In this document: one piece after another, positions 9,969 through 20,758 of the stretch
Layout of the letters: every line of letters begins with the position of its first letter
Numbering within the stretch: the first letter of the stretch is position 1
IMG/VR virus record: IMGVR_UViG_3300046169_000120
Coordinates: 61,692 to 125,691 of that record
Source: a virus
Strand: one strand, 5' to 3'
DNA: 64,000 nt
Program-made: the position numbers and the translations under genes
The notes under the pieces: generated by a model
Seen by the model: the letters and a program-made list of their open reading frames with translations, nothing else
The model's database searches: none
Told to the model about the DNA's origin: nothing

Positions 9969-10220
9969 TTGTAATATATTGTACACTTTTTTTAAGTTTT
10001 TTTTGAGGCGGTTTAAGAGTTAAATAATTATAAATAGGTTATTTTAGAAAGGGCCGCCGATTTTTTTTTGGATCGAGCATATGTAGTAAATTATTTGTAA
10101 TATATTGTACACTTTTTTTAAGTTTTTTTTGAGGCGGTTTAAGAGTTAAATAATTATAAATAGGTTATTTTAGAAAGGGCCGCCGATTTTTTTTTGGATC
10201 GAGCATATGTAGTAAATTAT
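9969..10220. repeat. Exact 126-bp tandem duplication (2 copies)
   Basis: 9969-10094 is identical to 10095-10220, including homopolymer lengths. Confidence 0.9.
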
Positions 10221-10587
10221 ATAATGTGAATTTCATATTGAAAAAAGGCACCCCCCGCCGCTATTGTACAATTCGATCGAAAAATTAATCCATTTAATGG
10301 GTAGGGTCACCATGGGGGAGGGGGTAGCCGTAAAGTTTTTTTACTTTTTTTCTCTTAGGGGTTGACTTTTGTTTGTCTCATGTCATACTCTTCATCATAG
10401 ACAATAACAAATAATAACACACAAAATATCATGTTCTTAGAAATACTATTCATCATAAACTTCAGCTTCGTATTCTTTCTTGCTTACAAATGCATGACAT
10501 CAAAGAGCATTGATCTTTTTGAGGATGTATCGAAAAAAAACTAAAATAAAGTTTGACTTTTACGAAAAAATTCAGTAAATTAAGTAC

Positions 10588-11110
10588 ATGATTAAGAATA
10601 AAAGATACGCAGTTTCCTTCGAAGTTTTAACCTATCGCAGACGGAGATCTTCACTCAAACAAACAAGAGTTTACCACCATGACAGGTGAAGTGAATAAAA
10701 AAACAATTGCTTCTCATGCTTGGCATCTCATCAAAGAAGGAACAAAGAAGTTTTTGAACCTGCTTGCGGTTCTGCAATTGATGGCGAGTATGTCACACTT
10801 GAACGCAAGCTTGGCAACATCTTGAACATAAATGAATTGCCTGAGCCAACAGGCGAAATGAATTACGATCACGCTTACGCTGATTGCGAAAAATGGAACT
10901 ATAATTGATATGACAACTGAAATAAATAACTTTCCCGAACTAGATCTTAGCCTCGCACTTAAGCAAGGCAGAAGGAAACCTAAAGTTTCTTGCACAGGCT
11001 GAACTTGCAACCTTCACGCAAGGCGAGTCAGTACTTGAAGCATTGCACGCAGTACAACAAGCACGCAAGCATTGGGCAGAAGTAATAACAAAACAAAAAG
11101 AAGAAGGCGC
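10588..11110 (+). pseudogene. Two small early genes with apparent frameshifts (pseudogenes or sequence errors)
   Basis: MIKNKRYAVSFEVLT (10588) continues as protein-like sequence only by changing frame twice into 10720..10908; the MTTEINNFPELDLSLALKQ ORF (~10910) continues as AEGNLKFLAQAEL if one G is removed. Confidence 0.4.
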
Positions 11111-11155
11111 GAAAAGGTTTGACTTACTACGCTAAACCTTTAGACTAAATACATC

Positions 11156-11455
11156 ATGAGAAAAGTAACACAACAAATTAAACAAGCATTCGAACAACGC
11201 CAAGCCAAGTCGGTTGGCAACACCATGACAGACGGCAACGCTGTTTGGTTGCATGGCAATAAGATAGTGCAACGCACTGAGGACGGGCTTGTGCTTGGTA
11301 GCCTCGCAGGTTGGAACACGCCAACCACGAGAGAAAGAGTCAATGGAATAACAGGATTGGGCTTTCATCAGAAGAACTTCGAACCTATGCTAAACGGCAA
11401 CATAGTTGACCCATCCGATTGGTTCGCAGTCGAGCAAGGTCCCGCGTTCGGGTAA
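11156..11455 (+). CDS. Hypothetical early phage protein
   Basis: ORF directly behind a TTGACT...TAGACT promoter. Confidence 0.65.
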   Translation: MRKVTQQIKQAFEQRQAKSVGNTMTDGNAVWLHGNKIVQRTEDGLVLGSLAGWNTPTTRERVNGITGLGFHQKNFEPMLNGNIVDPSDWFAVEQGPAFG

Positions 11456-11458
11456 TGG

Positions 11459-11538
11459 CGTAAAGCCCTAAGCATCAACAACTTAGGGTAAACCGCCTAC
11501 GAGAGTTTTGCGTAACTCGTTGGTATACAACAACTTAC
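11459..11538. repeat. Nested-palindrome element copy 1
   Basis: Two boxes (consensus TAAGTCGTTG-N5-CAACGACTTA) around a central CCTACG. Confidence 0.8.
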
Positions 11539-11712
11539 AACAAACCTAAAATCTTTCTTAAAATAAAACAACTTTTTTTTGCGTGTTTACATAAGTGCAT
11601 GATAATCAATAGTTTATGACACAAAGTTTTTTTGCTATCGGCTTGACTTGGGGGCGTTTTGGTAGTACTTTGTATATATAAGATTAAGTAAGACAATTAA
11701 CCAAAAATCAAA

Positions 11713-11961
11713 ATGAAATTATCACAAAACCAAATAAACTCCCTCTTTTCAATACTTGCCGACGCTGATGAAGGTTGCAACGATCGTGCTTGCGACAACT
11801 TGGCAGAAGCCTTTGGTGGTGAGCTTGGACTTGGTGAAGTACTTTCAGTTCCTTCTGAGTTGTCATCCGAACAAGTTGTTTCTGAGATACAAGATCCTCA
11901 GTTATGGTGGGAATCGGGTTGCGTCGAAGCTTGTGAAGAAATACTTGAACTCGTAAGATAA
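11713..11961 (+). CDS. Hypothetical acidic early protein
   Basis: 82-aa ORF between elements 1 and 2. Confidence 0.6.
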   Translation: MKLSQNQINSLFSILADADEGCNDRACDNLAEAFGGELGLGEVLSVPSELSSEQVVSEIQDPQLWWESGCVEACEEILELVR

Positions 11962-12182
11962 AGCTTGTACTTTTAATCTTTAACCCTATAATAAAATTAT
12001 GAATAAAATTGAAGTTAGAATAAAAAAATGGTCAACCTATTGGTCTGTCAAGATCTTTGATACAGGAACTGAATATCCTAGAGTTAGAACTGCATCTAGT
12101 CTTGCGTATCTTAATGCAATAATAAAAGATGAAAAGTTAAATTCTCCTCGCTTTAATGTTGTCAATCAGCATTGATCCTAGC

Positions 12183-12257
12183 GGGCTAATAGCTCAGCGG
12201 TAGAGCACCGCGTTGATAACGCGGCGGTCGGTGGTTCGAATCCACCTTAGCCCACCA
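12183..12257 (+). tRNA. tRNA-Ile(GAT)
   Basis: GGGCTAA/TTAGCCC acceptor, CCGCG-TTGATAA-CGCGG anticodon arm, GGTTCGAATCC T-arm, encoded ACCA. Confidence 0.93.
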
Positions 12258-12271
12258 CTTTAAAAAGATTG

Positions 12272-12351
12272 CATAAGTTGTTGCATACCAGCAACTTGCG
12301 CAAAAAATCCTAGGGCCGGTTTGCGTAAGTCGTTGACAGTCAACGCTTTAC
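12272..12351. repeat. Nested-palindrome element copy 2
   Basis: CATAAGTTGTTG-catac-CAGCAACTTGCG...CCTAGG...CGTAAGTCGTTG-acagt-CAACGCTTTAC. Confidence 0.85.
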
Positions 12352-12696
12352 AACAAAACAAATTATAATCGCAAATAAATTAAAGTTTTTTTCGCGGCTT
12401 TATGTAAGTGTTTGATTGATAGTTGTTTATGATAGTGAGATAATTGCAAATAAGTTTGACTTTGGCTAAAAAATAAACGATAGTAATAGTATGACAGAAG
12501 AACTAGAAGAATTCATGACAGAAGAACTCGGCATCATTGATCGCCTCGGAACTGATCCTCTCGAAGGATTAGACCTTTTTGAGGATGTTGGCGGTAACAT
12601 TTGGACTCTTGACCAAGTGCTAAAAGAGTTTAACGATAGCAAAAAATAATTCGCTTTTTTCTTGCGTAAAATTAGGTTTAGTAGTAGTTTAGTAGT

Positions 12697-12867
12697 ATGG
12701 AAACAAGATTAGAAAAGATCACAAGAATAATGAGTAAAGCTCGCCAACAAAAACGCCAAGTGTGGATTCTCGATGCACTCATCGCCATTTGGGATGCCGA
12801 AGCACTAAAAGGTTTCTGCGAGCAAGAAGATTACGACTACGGCTTTCATGCACAATTTGATCAATAA
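12697..12867 (+). CDS. Small early protein (56 aa), paralogue A
   Basis: METRLEKITRIMSKARQQKRQVWILDALIAIWDAEALKG...; behind TTGCGT-N17-TAGTTT-N6-ATG. Confidence 0.6.
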   Translation: METRLEKITRIMSKARQQKRQVWILDALIAIWDAEALKGFCEQEDYDYGFHAQFDQ

Positions 12868-13015
12868 GATGATAAATGTATACAAAAACCCTAACTTTGA
12901 CAATTGGTACAATGTTGTACTAAACGGCAAAATAATTGACAATGCCCGCCACTATGCCAAGGCAATGGAATTGGCTAAGAAAATAAGCGTAAAACGTAAA
13001 GTTCCAATACTTTCC

Positions 13016-13095
13016 TCTAAATAGCTGAACATCAACGACTTAGGGCAAACGGCCCAAGCGAGTTTTGCGTAACTCGTTAAATAACAACGCTTTAC
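13016..13095. repeat. Nested-palindrome element copy 3
   Basis: TAAATAGCTG-aacat-CAACGACTTA...CCCAAG...TAACTCGTTA-aataa-CAACGCTTTA. Confidence 0.8.
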
Positions 13096-13169
13096 AACAA
13101 AGTGAAAATAATTTCACTTTTTTTTGCGTTAGGCTTGACACGATCCCGTTTTGGGTATAGGTTATACTT

Positions 13170-13313
13170 ATGAACGACAAACAAGAAAGACTACAAAAAA
13201 TCACCGCAACAATGAGTAAAGCTCGCCTCGAAAATCGTCAACATTGGATCTTACTTTTACTGTCAGAAATTTGGGATGCCGAAGCAATAAGAATTTGCAA
13301 AAATAATGCTTGA
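13170..13313 (+). CDS. Small early protein (47 aa), paralogue B
   Basis: MNDKQERLQKITATMSKARLENRQHWILLLLSEIWDAEAIRICKNNA; behind TTGACA-N17-TAGGTT-N6-ATG. Confidence 0.6.
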   Translation: MNDKQERLQKITATMSKARLENRQHWILLLLSEIWDAEAIRICKNNA

Positions 13314-13371
13314 CTTTTAATCACACTAATATATTCTTAAAATTATAAATTACTAAAACAAAGGACACAAA

Positions 13372-13986
13372 ATGAAAATTGCACAAAACAGAATGAACGA
13401 AATCGCTAAATACTCAAGAAATTTAAATGCTCATAATAAAGGTGGACATGGCAAGTTTTTGGAAATGTTTCTTGCAGATCACTACAACTTCCCTCAATAC
13501 GATCAATATAAATCAAAAGTAGACTTTCCAAAAGAAATAGTAGAGCAAGGAAATGTACCCTCTGAATGGGTAGCGGATTGGGAAGTAAAATACTACAACA
13601 TCAAATCCTCCGTGATAATCCTTGGTGATCTCGAAAGAAAAATGAAATGCTTAAAAAATGGACTTGTCATTGTAATTGGCTTTTATGATGGAACACCCGA
13701 TAATCTTGTTGATATAAAATTCATTAAAGTTAAAGCTGACACATCTTTACTGAAAAACTACAATACTTGGAAAGAAGTTTCCCGCTTTGTTAAAAACAGG
13801 AATAATTCGATTGAGTCGACTCGTGAAAAAGTAAAGCAAGTAAACTCAAACACTCGAAGTGAATTCTTTGTCAACAATCTCTCTCGCAAGTCAAGGTGGA
13901 GCAACTCGCAAGGAAAAATGCTTGGTGAAGCTCGTCAAGTTGCACTCTGTATCTCGACAAAAAATTTAAAAAGCCTCTCAATTTAA
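13372..13986 (+). CDS. Putative PD-(D/E)xK restriction-endonuclease-like protein
   Basis: G-K-FLE helix, VDFP...DWEVKYY motif, basic composition. Confidence 0.45.
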   Translation: MKIAQNRMNEIAKYSRNLNAHNKGGHGKFLEMFLADHYNFPQYDQYKSKVDFPKEIVEQGNVPSEWVADWEVKYYNIKSSVIILGDLERKMKCLKNGLVIVIGFYDGTPDNLVDIKFIKVKADTSLLKNYNTWKEVSRFVKNRNNSIESTREKVKQVNSNTRSEFFVNNLSRKSRWSNSQGKMLGEARQVALCISTKNLKSLSI

Positions 13987-14170
13987 GCTTTACAAACATC
14001 AAGAAATACTTAATAATAATTATGAAAACATGGACAAAAGATCAAGTGCTAGAATTCTTCGACTCTCATTGGGAAACAACTATGGCAGAAATATCTCTGC
14101 TCTCGGGTTGGTCAACCTCAGATTTAAAATCGGTTCTCATGGAATGGGTAAGTCATGAATTGAGTCCCGA

Positions 14171-14250
14171 CCTAAACCCTTAAACATCAACAACTTAGGG
14201 CAAACAGCCCAGGCGCGTTTTGCGCAACTCGTTGGTATACAGCGACTTAC
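14171..14250. repeat. Nested-palindrome element copy 4
   Basis: TAAACCCTTA-aacat-CAACAACTTA...CCCAGG...CAACTCGTTG-gtata-CAGCGACTTA. Confidence 0.8.
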
Positions 14251-14316
14251 AACAAAAACTTAAAATAATTGCAAAAAAAAATTGACAAAGTTAGTTTTCT
14301 TTGATAGGTTGTTTAT

Positions 14317-14592
14317 ATGATTAAGAATAAAACATTCACTGCAAACATTAATGTCTGTTCTATTGATAGCAAGGAAAAACTTCCTTTATGGAACACAAAC
14401 ACAAATTCCTTTGTTGATACACACACGACAAACAACATTCTTTCTGTTGAAGCTGAAGACAAGCACGAAGCTAGACGCAAGTTTTTTGCTATGGTTCGAA
14501 AGTTGCAAACAAAAGTTCAACTTCAAAGGGGAATGTTTCCAAAAGAAGGAGACCAAGCCGTTTTTTACATTAACCAAATATGGGAAAAATAA
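14317..14592 (+). CDS. Hypothetical early protein
   Basis: TTGACA-N17-TAGGTT-N6-ATG directly upstream. Confidence 0.65.
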   Translation: MIKNKTFTANINVCSIDSKEKLPLWNTNTNSFVDTHTTNNILSVEAEDKHEARRKFFAMVRKLQTKVQLQRGMFPKEGDQAVFYINQIWEK

Positions 14593-15032
14593 TTCACTTT
14601 TTTCTTGCGTTAAACTAAAAATAGGATTAAATTAAGATATGATTAAGATTAAAGATGTAGTAGTAGATTACAAACGCAGAATCCTCCAAGTTGAGGGTTT
14701 CCAAAAAGATGGAGCTGAAACTTTTGTTTTGGCAAGAATTTATCGCTCGCAAAAGCGTGTTGCCGTTCCTCTTTCATCAGTAAAAAAACACCCATTCTTT
14801 GCATAAAAAAGCTTGCAAAGCTTAACCTTTTACCTTACTCTCTCATTATGGACAAAGAACAACAACTAAAAGAACTAATTGAAATTCATACGCCAATCGC
14901 AGATGCGGGAGTCGCAAGTGCAAAAATTCTTGTAATAAATGCACAAATTGAGCTTGACGAAATACAAGAAATTCGTCAGAATCAAATGACATTAACCTTG
15001 ACAAACTAAACAAAATAAACATAATTAACAAC

Positions 15033-15332
15033 ATGACTGAATCACAAAGACTAGAAATCATTCGTCAAATGGCGAGCAACAATAACGCTACAGAAATCTC
15101 TCCTGTTTTCAAATCGTTCGTGGAAGATCTTCGAGCAGACATTCTTGCAGAAGAATTGATTGTTGAACATGGCTTGCTCAAAGCAACCGACAGAGATGTT
15201 GAGGACGAAGTCTCACACCTTGCAAGTAAAGAAGATCGTTCGGACGAAGAAGATGACTTCGACAATGACGAAAATCTTCATGACATGGAAGCGGTCAGTC
15301 CAACCATGAAAGCAATCTTCGAGCAAGATTAA
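15033..15332 (+). CDS. Acidic early protein (possible DNA mimic)
   Basis: Highly D/E-rich C-terminal half; promoter directly upstream. Confidence 0.5.
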   Translation: MTESQRLEIIRQMASNNNATEISPVFKSFVEDLRADILAEELIVEHGLLKATDRDVEDEVSHLASKEDRSDEEDDFDNDENLHDMEAVSPTMKAIFEQD

Positions 15333-15701
15333 GCTTTACTTTTCAACCAAAAATTGCTAAAATAGTATCATGCAAATAAAAAGTAAAATACAAGTTCTCG
15401 CAGAAAATCTGCGAAAAGTAACTCAACAAAAGTTTGTGGCGATTCGCAAGGGTGATCACGAACAAGCACATAATCTGCACGGAATGCAAATAGAGCTTGA
15501 CTTACAACTTCATCTGCTTGAGTCGAAGCTTCAAAAAAATAATCCTTGCCTTGTTTGTTAGTGGATATCACAACAATTTTAATCATTAGTTCAATAGTTG
15601 GCATCATCCGTATGATTCACGACCACTTCGGAAGCGGGGCGTGGTAGGTTAATGTTTTGGGGGAATAGGTCACTCGCTGAGTATCGGAGTTTGACCTTTC
15701 T

Positions 15702-15781
15702 CCCATCTCATTGATAATCAACGACTTACAGAAAATCGCCTAGGTGACTTTTGCGTAACTCGTTGATATTCAGTTGTTTAC
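15702..15781. repeat. Nested-palindrome element copy 5
   Basis: CATCTCATTG-ataat-CAACGACTTA...CGCCTAGG...TAACTCGTTG-atatt-CAGTTGTTTA. Confidence 0.8.
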
Positions 15782-16055
15782 ATAACTTTTTGTGTTGGGC
15801 CCGCTTTGGTGCATTTGTGCATTTAATATAAATATATATCGGCGGTTCTATTTCTATTTGCTATTTTTGTATTTGCTATTTACTATTTATGTATTTAGCT
15901 TTGCAACTCTATTTACCAACGCAATTGTATAAGGTGAATGATCCACGGCTCTATTTAGGTTTGATTCGAGATTACGAATTGCGTTGACGATATAGTCGAG
16001 AGTACCCACGATGCCCGCAGGTTCTCCGTTTTTTAGGATTTGATAACTTTTCATT

Positions 16056-16418
16056 TTAGTATTTTGCTTGTTCTTGTATGTTGTCTTGTCTAATGTCTAC
16101 AAGTAATTTTTCGTGCAGTATGCCATCAAGATCAAATTGCTTTATCAACTTTGATATCTGTAATGGTGATTGATGGGCGAGTACATCATCATGCTTGCCC
16201 AATGGAACAAAGTCTCCACGCTGATTGAACACCGCAACTTCGTAAGTGTTTGGATGATCTCCATAAAAGAAATCTCCACCTTCAGTATTCGCAACAACGC
16301 TGAAAGCGTAACCATTGTCAAGAGTTAAGCTTGCTTGAACGCCCAAATCTTGGAGGCTTGCGTGAGGAGTGAATGTTAAGTCATCAAAGGTCTTCATGGT
16401 AGATGTAGATTGGTTCAT
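16056..16418 (-). CDS. Hypothetical phage protein
   Basis: ORF with NGYAFSVV...YEVAVF pattern common in phage early genes. Confidence 0.6.
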   Translation of the reverse strand: MNQSTSTMKTFDDLTFTPHASLQDLGVQASLTLDNGYAFSVVANTEGGDFFYGDHPNTYEVAVFNQRGDFVPLGKHDDVLAHQSPLQISKLIKQFDLDGILHEKLLVDIRQDNIQEQAKY

Positions 16419-16985
16419 TGTTATAGTTTAGTTGATTATGACGAACAAATGTGTTGTTGTCAATGTTTTTTTTCATGGTTGCTTCGCCAATAAAGAAATC
16501 AGTTTTATCTGTTTTGTCTTCTGAGCGAATCGCAATAACGCATCCATCGTTGCTTTTAGTTATGAGATACTTTTTAGTTGCGGTAATAGCTTGCATTTGT
16601 TTTGTTTTCGTATAGTGTTTCGTATGAGTGTGCTTTGTTGGCGATTGCTTTTAATGCTCCACCAACTACATTTAACATGGAAAACGCATCTTCGTCAAGC
16701 AAATTGTTTTCTTGCATTGGTTCGATGAGGTTGTCGTGAATGAATGCCATTGCCAATTCGTTTGCTTCGAGAGCATCCAAGTCTTGGACTTGCAAGTGGT
16801 GTGGATCGTTAAGACGCATGAGCTAGTATCTCCTTGTGTTTGAGTTTTCGGTGAATCACTTTTGTCTTGAGCTTGTGCGGTCGAGACTTGGTGAAGAGAA
16901 TGTTTTTTCTTATCTTAATCATGGTTTAATTATGGCAGACTATCTCGCAGAGTCAATAAAAAAATCAATAAAATTAAAAAAAAGT

Positions 16986-17065
16986 TATAAGTCCCGCCGC
17001 ATCAACGACTTGCGCGAAATCGCCCAGGGCAGCTTTGCGTAACTGCCTGAAACTCAACGGGTTAG
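16986..17065. repeat. Nested-palindrome element copy 6
   Basis: CAACGACTTGCGCGAAATCGCCCAGGGCAGCTTTGCGTAACT core. Confidence 0.75.
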
Positions 17066-17465
17066 TAGCCTAACCAATCGAGAACCTTCTGAGCTGAATA
17101 CTCGACAAGGTCGCCAACCTCATCAAAAAATTCTTGCTTTCCCTGTTCGTCAATGCCGTGATCGTCAAGTTCTTGCATCGCTCGTGCATAACTAATAGTC
17201 ATTGCTTCCGCTGATTCGTAATAAGTATCTGTCATAGCCTTAACCTTGAGTTAATAATTGCAAGAATTGATCGTAAACCTTTTGCTTGCTACCTTTTAGG
17301 TTGAATTCTTTTTTTATGATTGAATAGCAACTTGCTCCGCTACTCATCTTTAGTCCTCTGAGTTCAAGTCTAAGACCTCTGAGCAATGTCTTAAATCTGA
17401 ACGCTTCAATTTGTGTTGGTGTGTTTAATGTCATGATGTAATAATAGTTGAGTTGAGTTGAGTTG

Positions 17466-18194
17466 TCAAGAGTCAACCCCCTCTTTCACAAATCCTGTTG
17501 TATCTTTCTTTGCCATACCTTTCTCGATAAGACCAACAACAACACCTTGCTTGTCAAGAAACCGCAAATCATTTTCATCACCATTGACAACTTCGTAACC
17601 TTTCCAAGTCTTCGGGAGTTGATTGCGAAACACTACGGCAACATTGCCACCCATACCCAAAACCATTTCGCCAAGTTTTTGATTGGTTTCGGAAAGTGAA
17701 AAAGTCAAGTGGTAGTTACTTGGAAACTCTTTATCCTTACTGAGATACTGAGACATACGCTTGAACGACTTGGTATAATCATAAAATTGAGTTGACGGAA
17801 ACTTGTCGAAGATTGTTTTAGGTTGCTCTTCGTTAAGGAATACAGATTCCCAAGCAATGTCACTTGTAAGATTGAGACGGAAAACGGATTGCATACCTTT
17901 TTTGGTTGCGGTCTTAATCGAACTAGAAATTTCTTTTGATAACTTGAAAAGGAAATCAATTTGCTTGTCGAAGAATAACTTTGTCTTTGCAATACGAGAT
18001 GCTTGAACAGAATTCATTTGCCCACGCCCCGCTGTGTTGAGGCAACTTGCTGTACAACCTTTGCTTCGCCATTGGCAAACTTCAAAGCCCGAAAGATTTG
18101 CGGGAGCAAAGTGAATTCCCTTAGTAATGTAACCGAGCTTTTCACCCTTTTCAATTTTTTGGTTACCTGCGGTGAGTAGTGTTGTCTTAATCAT
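17466..18194 (-). CDS. Gene-product-88 (GP88)-family protein
   Basis: C.....GC...CL...GRG, FRLNLTSDI.WE, FYDYTK, NYHLTFS, GNVAVVF, DLRFLD motifs; start placed at the leaderless ATG 18194. Confidence 0.7.
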   Translation of the reverse strand: MIKTTLLTAGNQKIEKGEKLGYITKGIHFAPANLSGFEVCQWRSKGCTASCLNTAGRGQMNSVQASRIAKTKLFFDKQIDFLFKLSKEISSSIKTATKKGMQSVFRLNLTSDIAWESVFLNEEQPKTIFDKFPSTQFYDYTKSFKRMSQYLSKDKEFPSNYHLTFSLSETNQKLGEMVLGMGGNVAVVFRNQLPKTWKGYEVVNGDENDLRFLDKQGVVVGLIEKGMAKKDTTGFVKEGVDS

Positions 18195-18265
18195 GTATCC
18201 AATTATGACAGATAAACTACCCAAGTCAACCCCTAAAATGCAGAAAAGTAAAAAAAGTTTTGTTG

Positions 18266-18345
18266 TGTATCTTGCTGTGACTCAACGACTTGCGCGAAAT
18301 CACCTAGGCCCGTTTTCCCTAACTACCTGGCCTTCAACAACTTAC
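18266..18345. repeat. Nested-palindrome element copy 7
   Basis: TATCTTGCTG-tgact-CAACGACTTG...CCTAGG...TAACTACCTG-gcctt-CAACAACTTA. Confidence 0.8.
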
Positions 18346-18365
18346 AGAATATCATTTGCAGACAC

Positions 18366-18390
18366 AAAAAAGCCCCCCAAATGGGGGGCT
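18366..18390 (-). terminator. Intrinsic terminator
   Basis: AGCCCCCC-aaat-GGGGGGCT hairpin with U-run on the minus strand. Confidence 0.7.
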
Positions 18391-18688
18391 AGTTGGTAAC
18401 CCTAAACCAACTTGATCAACTCACCGACCTTTTAAAAGTTTTGTCGGCACAAGTTGCACGAAGGATGTGCCTCCGAGCTACTCTACGATTTGAGCCATTC
18501 ATGTCCGAGAACATAACATGGCGAGAGGTAACGCTATTGATTTTAGCGGAGAACGCTTTGCGTTGCTCACCTTTTTTGACAAGAAGGGAAACGAAACGAC
18601 CCTTGAGACTTTCAACTACATTTTGGAGTTTTGGTTGCTTTTTCATAATTTTAATTTTGTTTTAGGTTTGTGTTATGGTTTGTTGTGA

Positions 18689-19444
18689 TTAAGATGCGTT
18701 TGCAACTTGAGAAGTTAATCCGACTTGAGAGTCAAGAACTCCATGCAATGCAAGCGAACGACTTGGTAATTGTGTGATTCCACCTTTAAGAATGTGAGTG
18801 AATCCGTTGTAAAGCGAGTGCATGGTTCGAGGAGAAAAATCGTCATGTTCGGGTTTGTGCCATTGCTCGACAACATCAGCAATCTTTGCTTTGCTTATCG
18901 CTCCATTTTGGAATGCACGAATAACAAGGTCATGGGCTTGCTCGTTGTCAAGCTCATACTCTTTGTATGCCGAGATGCGTTGCTCGTCACTTGCCCATGT
19001 CTCAGTCATCTTGCCGAGAGTCTTTGCAATCACTTGAGACAAGTCACGCAAAATGTGAGTGGTGTGCCGTCTTGCAAGAACAACTTCGTTGGTGAAGATA
19101 AGGTTTGAACAAACGAATGGAGCGTTGCCCATGCACAATCCCGCAGGAAAACATTTGTCGTGCGAGTTGCGAAGACCAACAATAGTTCCACGCTCGTCAT
19201 TGTCAACACCTGTGTTCTTAACATGAAACAAGCCAAAGTAGCGTTGACCATAGCGATGAAGAGAGTGATAAGTTTTAACAATTTCCCAACCATTGCCTTG
19301 CATTTGTTTTTGCACACGATTAACAAGGTCAGCATGACCAATTGGTTGCCAAGACTCAGTCGCTTCGGGAGTTGTTACATTCTCAACATCCTTGAAGGAA
19401 GATTCTTTGGTTGCACATACGGAGAGATTGATTTCTTTTGTCAT
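18689..19444 (-). CDS. DUF932-family protein
   Basis: TPEATESWQPIGH...GLRNSHDK...G..PFVCSNL...RRHT...SLYNGFT pattern. Confidence 0.7.
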   Translation of the reverse strand: MTKEINLSVCATKESSFKDVENVTTPEATESWQPIGHADLVNRVQKQMQGNGWEIVKTYHSLHRYGQRYFGLFHVKNTGVDNDERGTIVGLRNSHDKCFPAGLCMGNAPFVCSNLIFTNEVVLARRHTTHILRDLSQVIAKTLGKMTETWASDEQRISAYKEYELDNEQAHDLVIRAFQNGAISKAKIADVVEQWHKPEHDDFSPRTMHSLYNGFTHILKGGITQLPSRSLALHGVLDSQVGLTSQVANAS

Positions 19445-19649
19445 AATTTTTTTAGTGTTGTGAGTTTCTGTCTTTGATGAGTTAATTATACTAAAGTTTT
19501 TGTTTTCTGTCAAGCTTTTTTCTTTGCGATTAAGTTTTTTTTTATTCGACTAATTTTTTTCTTGTTCAGTTATCCTTATCTTTATGTATACAAGTATGTC
19601 AGAAAATGAAGTGAAGTCAACCTTTTTTTTCATGAAATGAAAGATTGTT

Positions 19650-19729
19650 GTAAGTTGTTGATGGTCAACGAGTTGCGCAACACGGGCCTAGGCGATTTTC
19701 TGTAAGTCGTTGTGTATCAAGGGAATGTG
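19650..19729. repeat. Nested-palindrome element copy 8
   Basis: TAAGTTGTTG-atggt-CAACGAGTTG...GCCTAGGCG...TAAGTCGTTG; resembles the reverse complement of copy 5. Confidence 0.85.
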
Positions 19730-20338
19730 GGCCTCTCGAGGAAATCTCGAGAAGCCCAACCCTTAACCAATCAAGCTCGTTTCTCTAAATCGTAGAGTTG
19801 ATTCAGCAAGATGCCGTGAGCAAGCTTGCGAGCGAAATAACTTCCGCCCTTCATGCCTCGCATTTCTGCTTGAGCAAGTTGAAACCCAATCGTACGCAAT
19901 TTTGCGTTAAGTTTAGCAATTCCGTTTGTGGACATAATTACCCTTTCGTTGGTTGTGAATAATGGTGATAAGCCCTTTCGGCTTCCGCTTGCGATTCAAA
20001 GGAAACGCTTAGTAAATCTTGAGTCGTATCAAGATGATAGTTTGTTGGCGACTCCTCAAAATACAAATCCCATGTATCTGCTTCTGAGTCGTAACTTGGT
20101 TTGTCTAATGGTTCGCCAACACAAACCGCATCAATGTATTCTTTTCGTTCCATAATTTATTGTCCCCACATTTGGTTGTACATCTCAACATCAGTTTGGT
20201 TTTCTTGAACCTCGAAATCTTCGTGTTCTTTGCCCAAACTGACTGAGCAATTGTCGCTAGTAATGATGATTCTACCTCCACCAACTATTGCTAGTCGTGC
20301 TTGTAAATCGTTAATGATGTTTTGTAGTTCTTCCATAA

Positions 20339-20758
20339 TCAATACCAACAAGAATAGTAGATTCTGTGCTTGTTGTCAAGTGCTTTTCTTGCACTTTCTA
20401 CAAACATCAAGTCGTTGCTCTTATACCAATACTCGTTTTCGGGAAATGGTTCGTCATCTTCATTGTTCCAAAAGTACGAGTCACTTCCCCAAAAGAATCC
20501 GTTCGCTTCGGGAAACTCAAAATTGTTGATTGCATACTCCAAATCGTCAATGTCTTGTTTGGTCAACTGCAATTCAACGCAATTAAAATCTCCCATTTCA
20601 TCACCTTCAGTTTGTGCATTTGGACAACCCTTGTTTTCCCAAAGTTGTTGCATCCAACCTTGTAGTCGATTGTGCTTTCGCCACTCCATCAGTTGAACAT
20701 CGTCATCCGAGTTGCGTTTGCGTGGTGGTCGTGAGTATGCGTATTGGTCTAATCCCAT
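20339..20758 (-). CDS. Conserved hypothetical phage protein
   Basis: MGLDQY...WRKHNRLQGWM...YYSCW pattern seen in many phage early proteins. Confidence 0.6.
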   Translation of the reverse strand: MGLDQYAYSRPPRKRNSDDDVQLMEWRKHNRLQGWMQQLWENKGCPNAQTEGDEMGDFNCVELQLTKQDIDDLEYAINNFEFPEANGFFWGSDSYFWNNEDDEPFPENEYWYKSNDLMFVESARKALDNKHRIYYSCWY

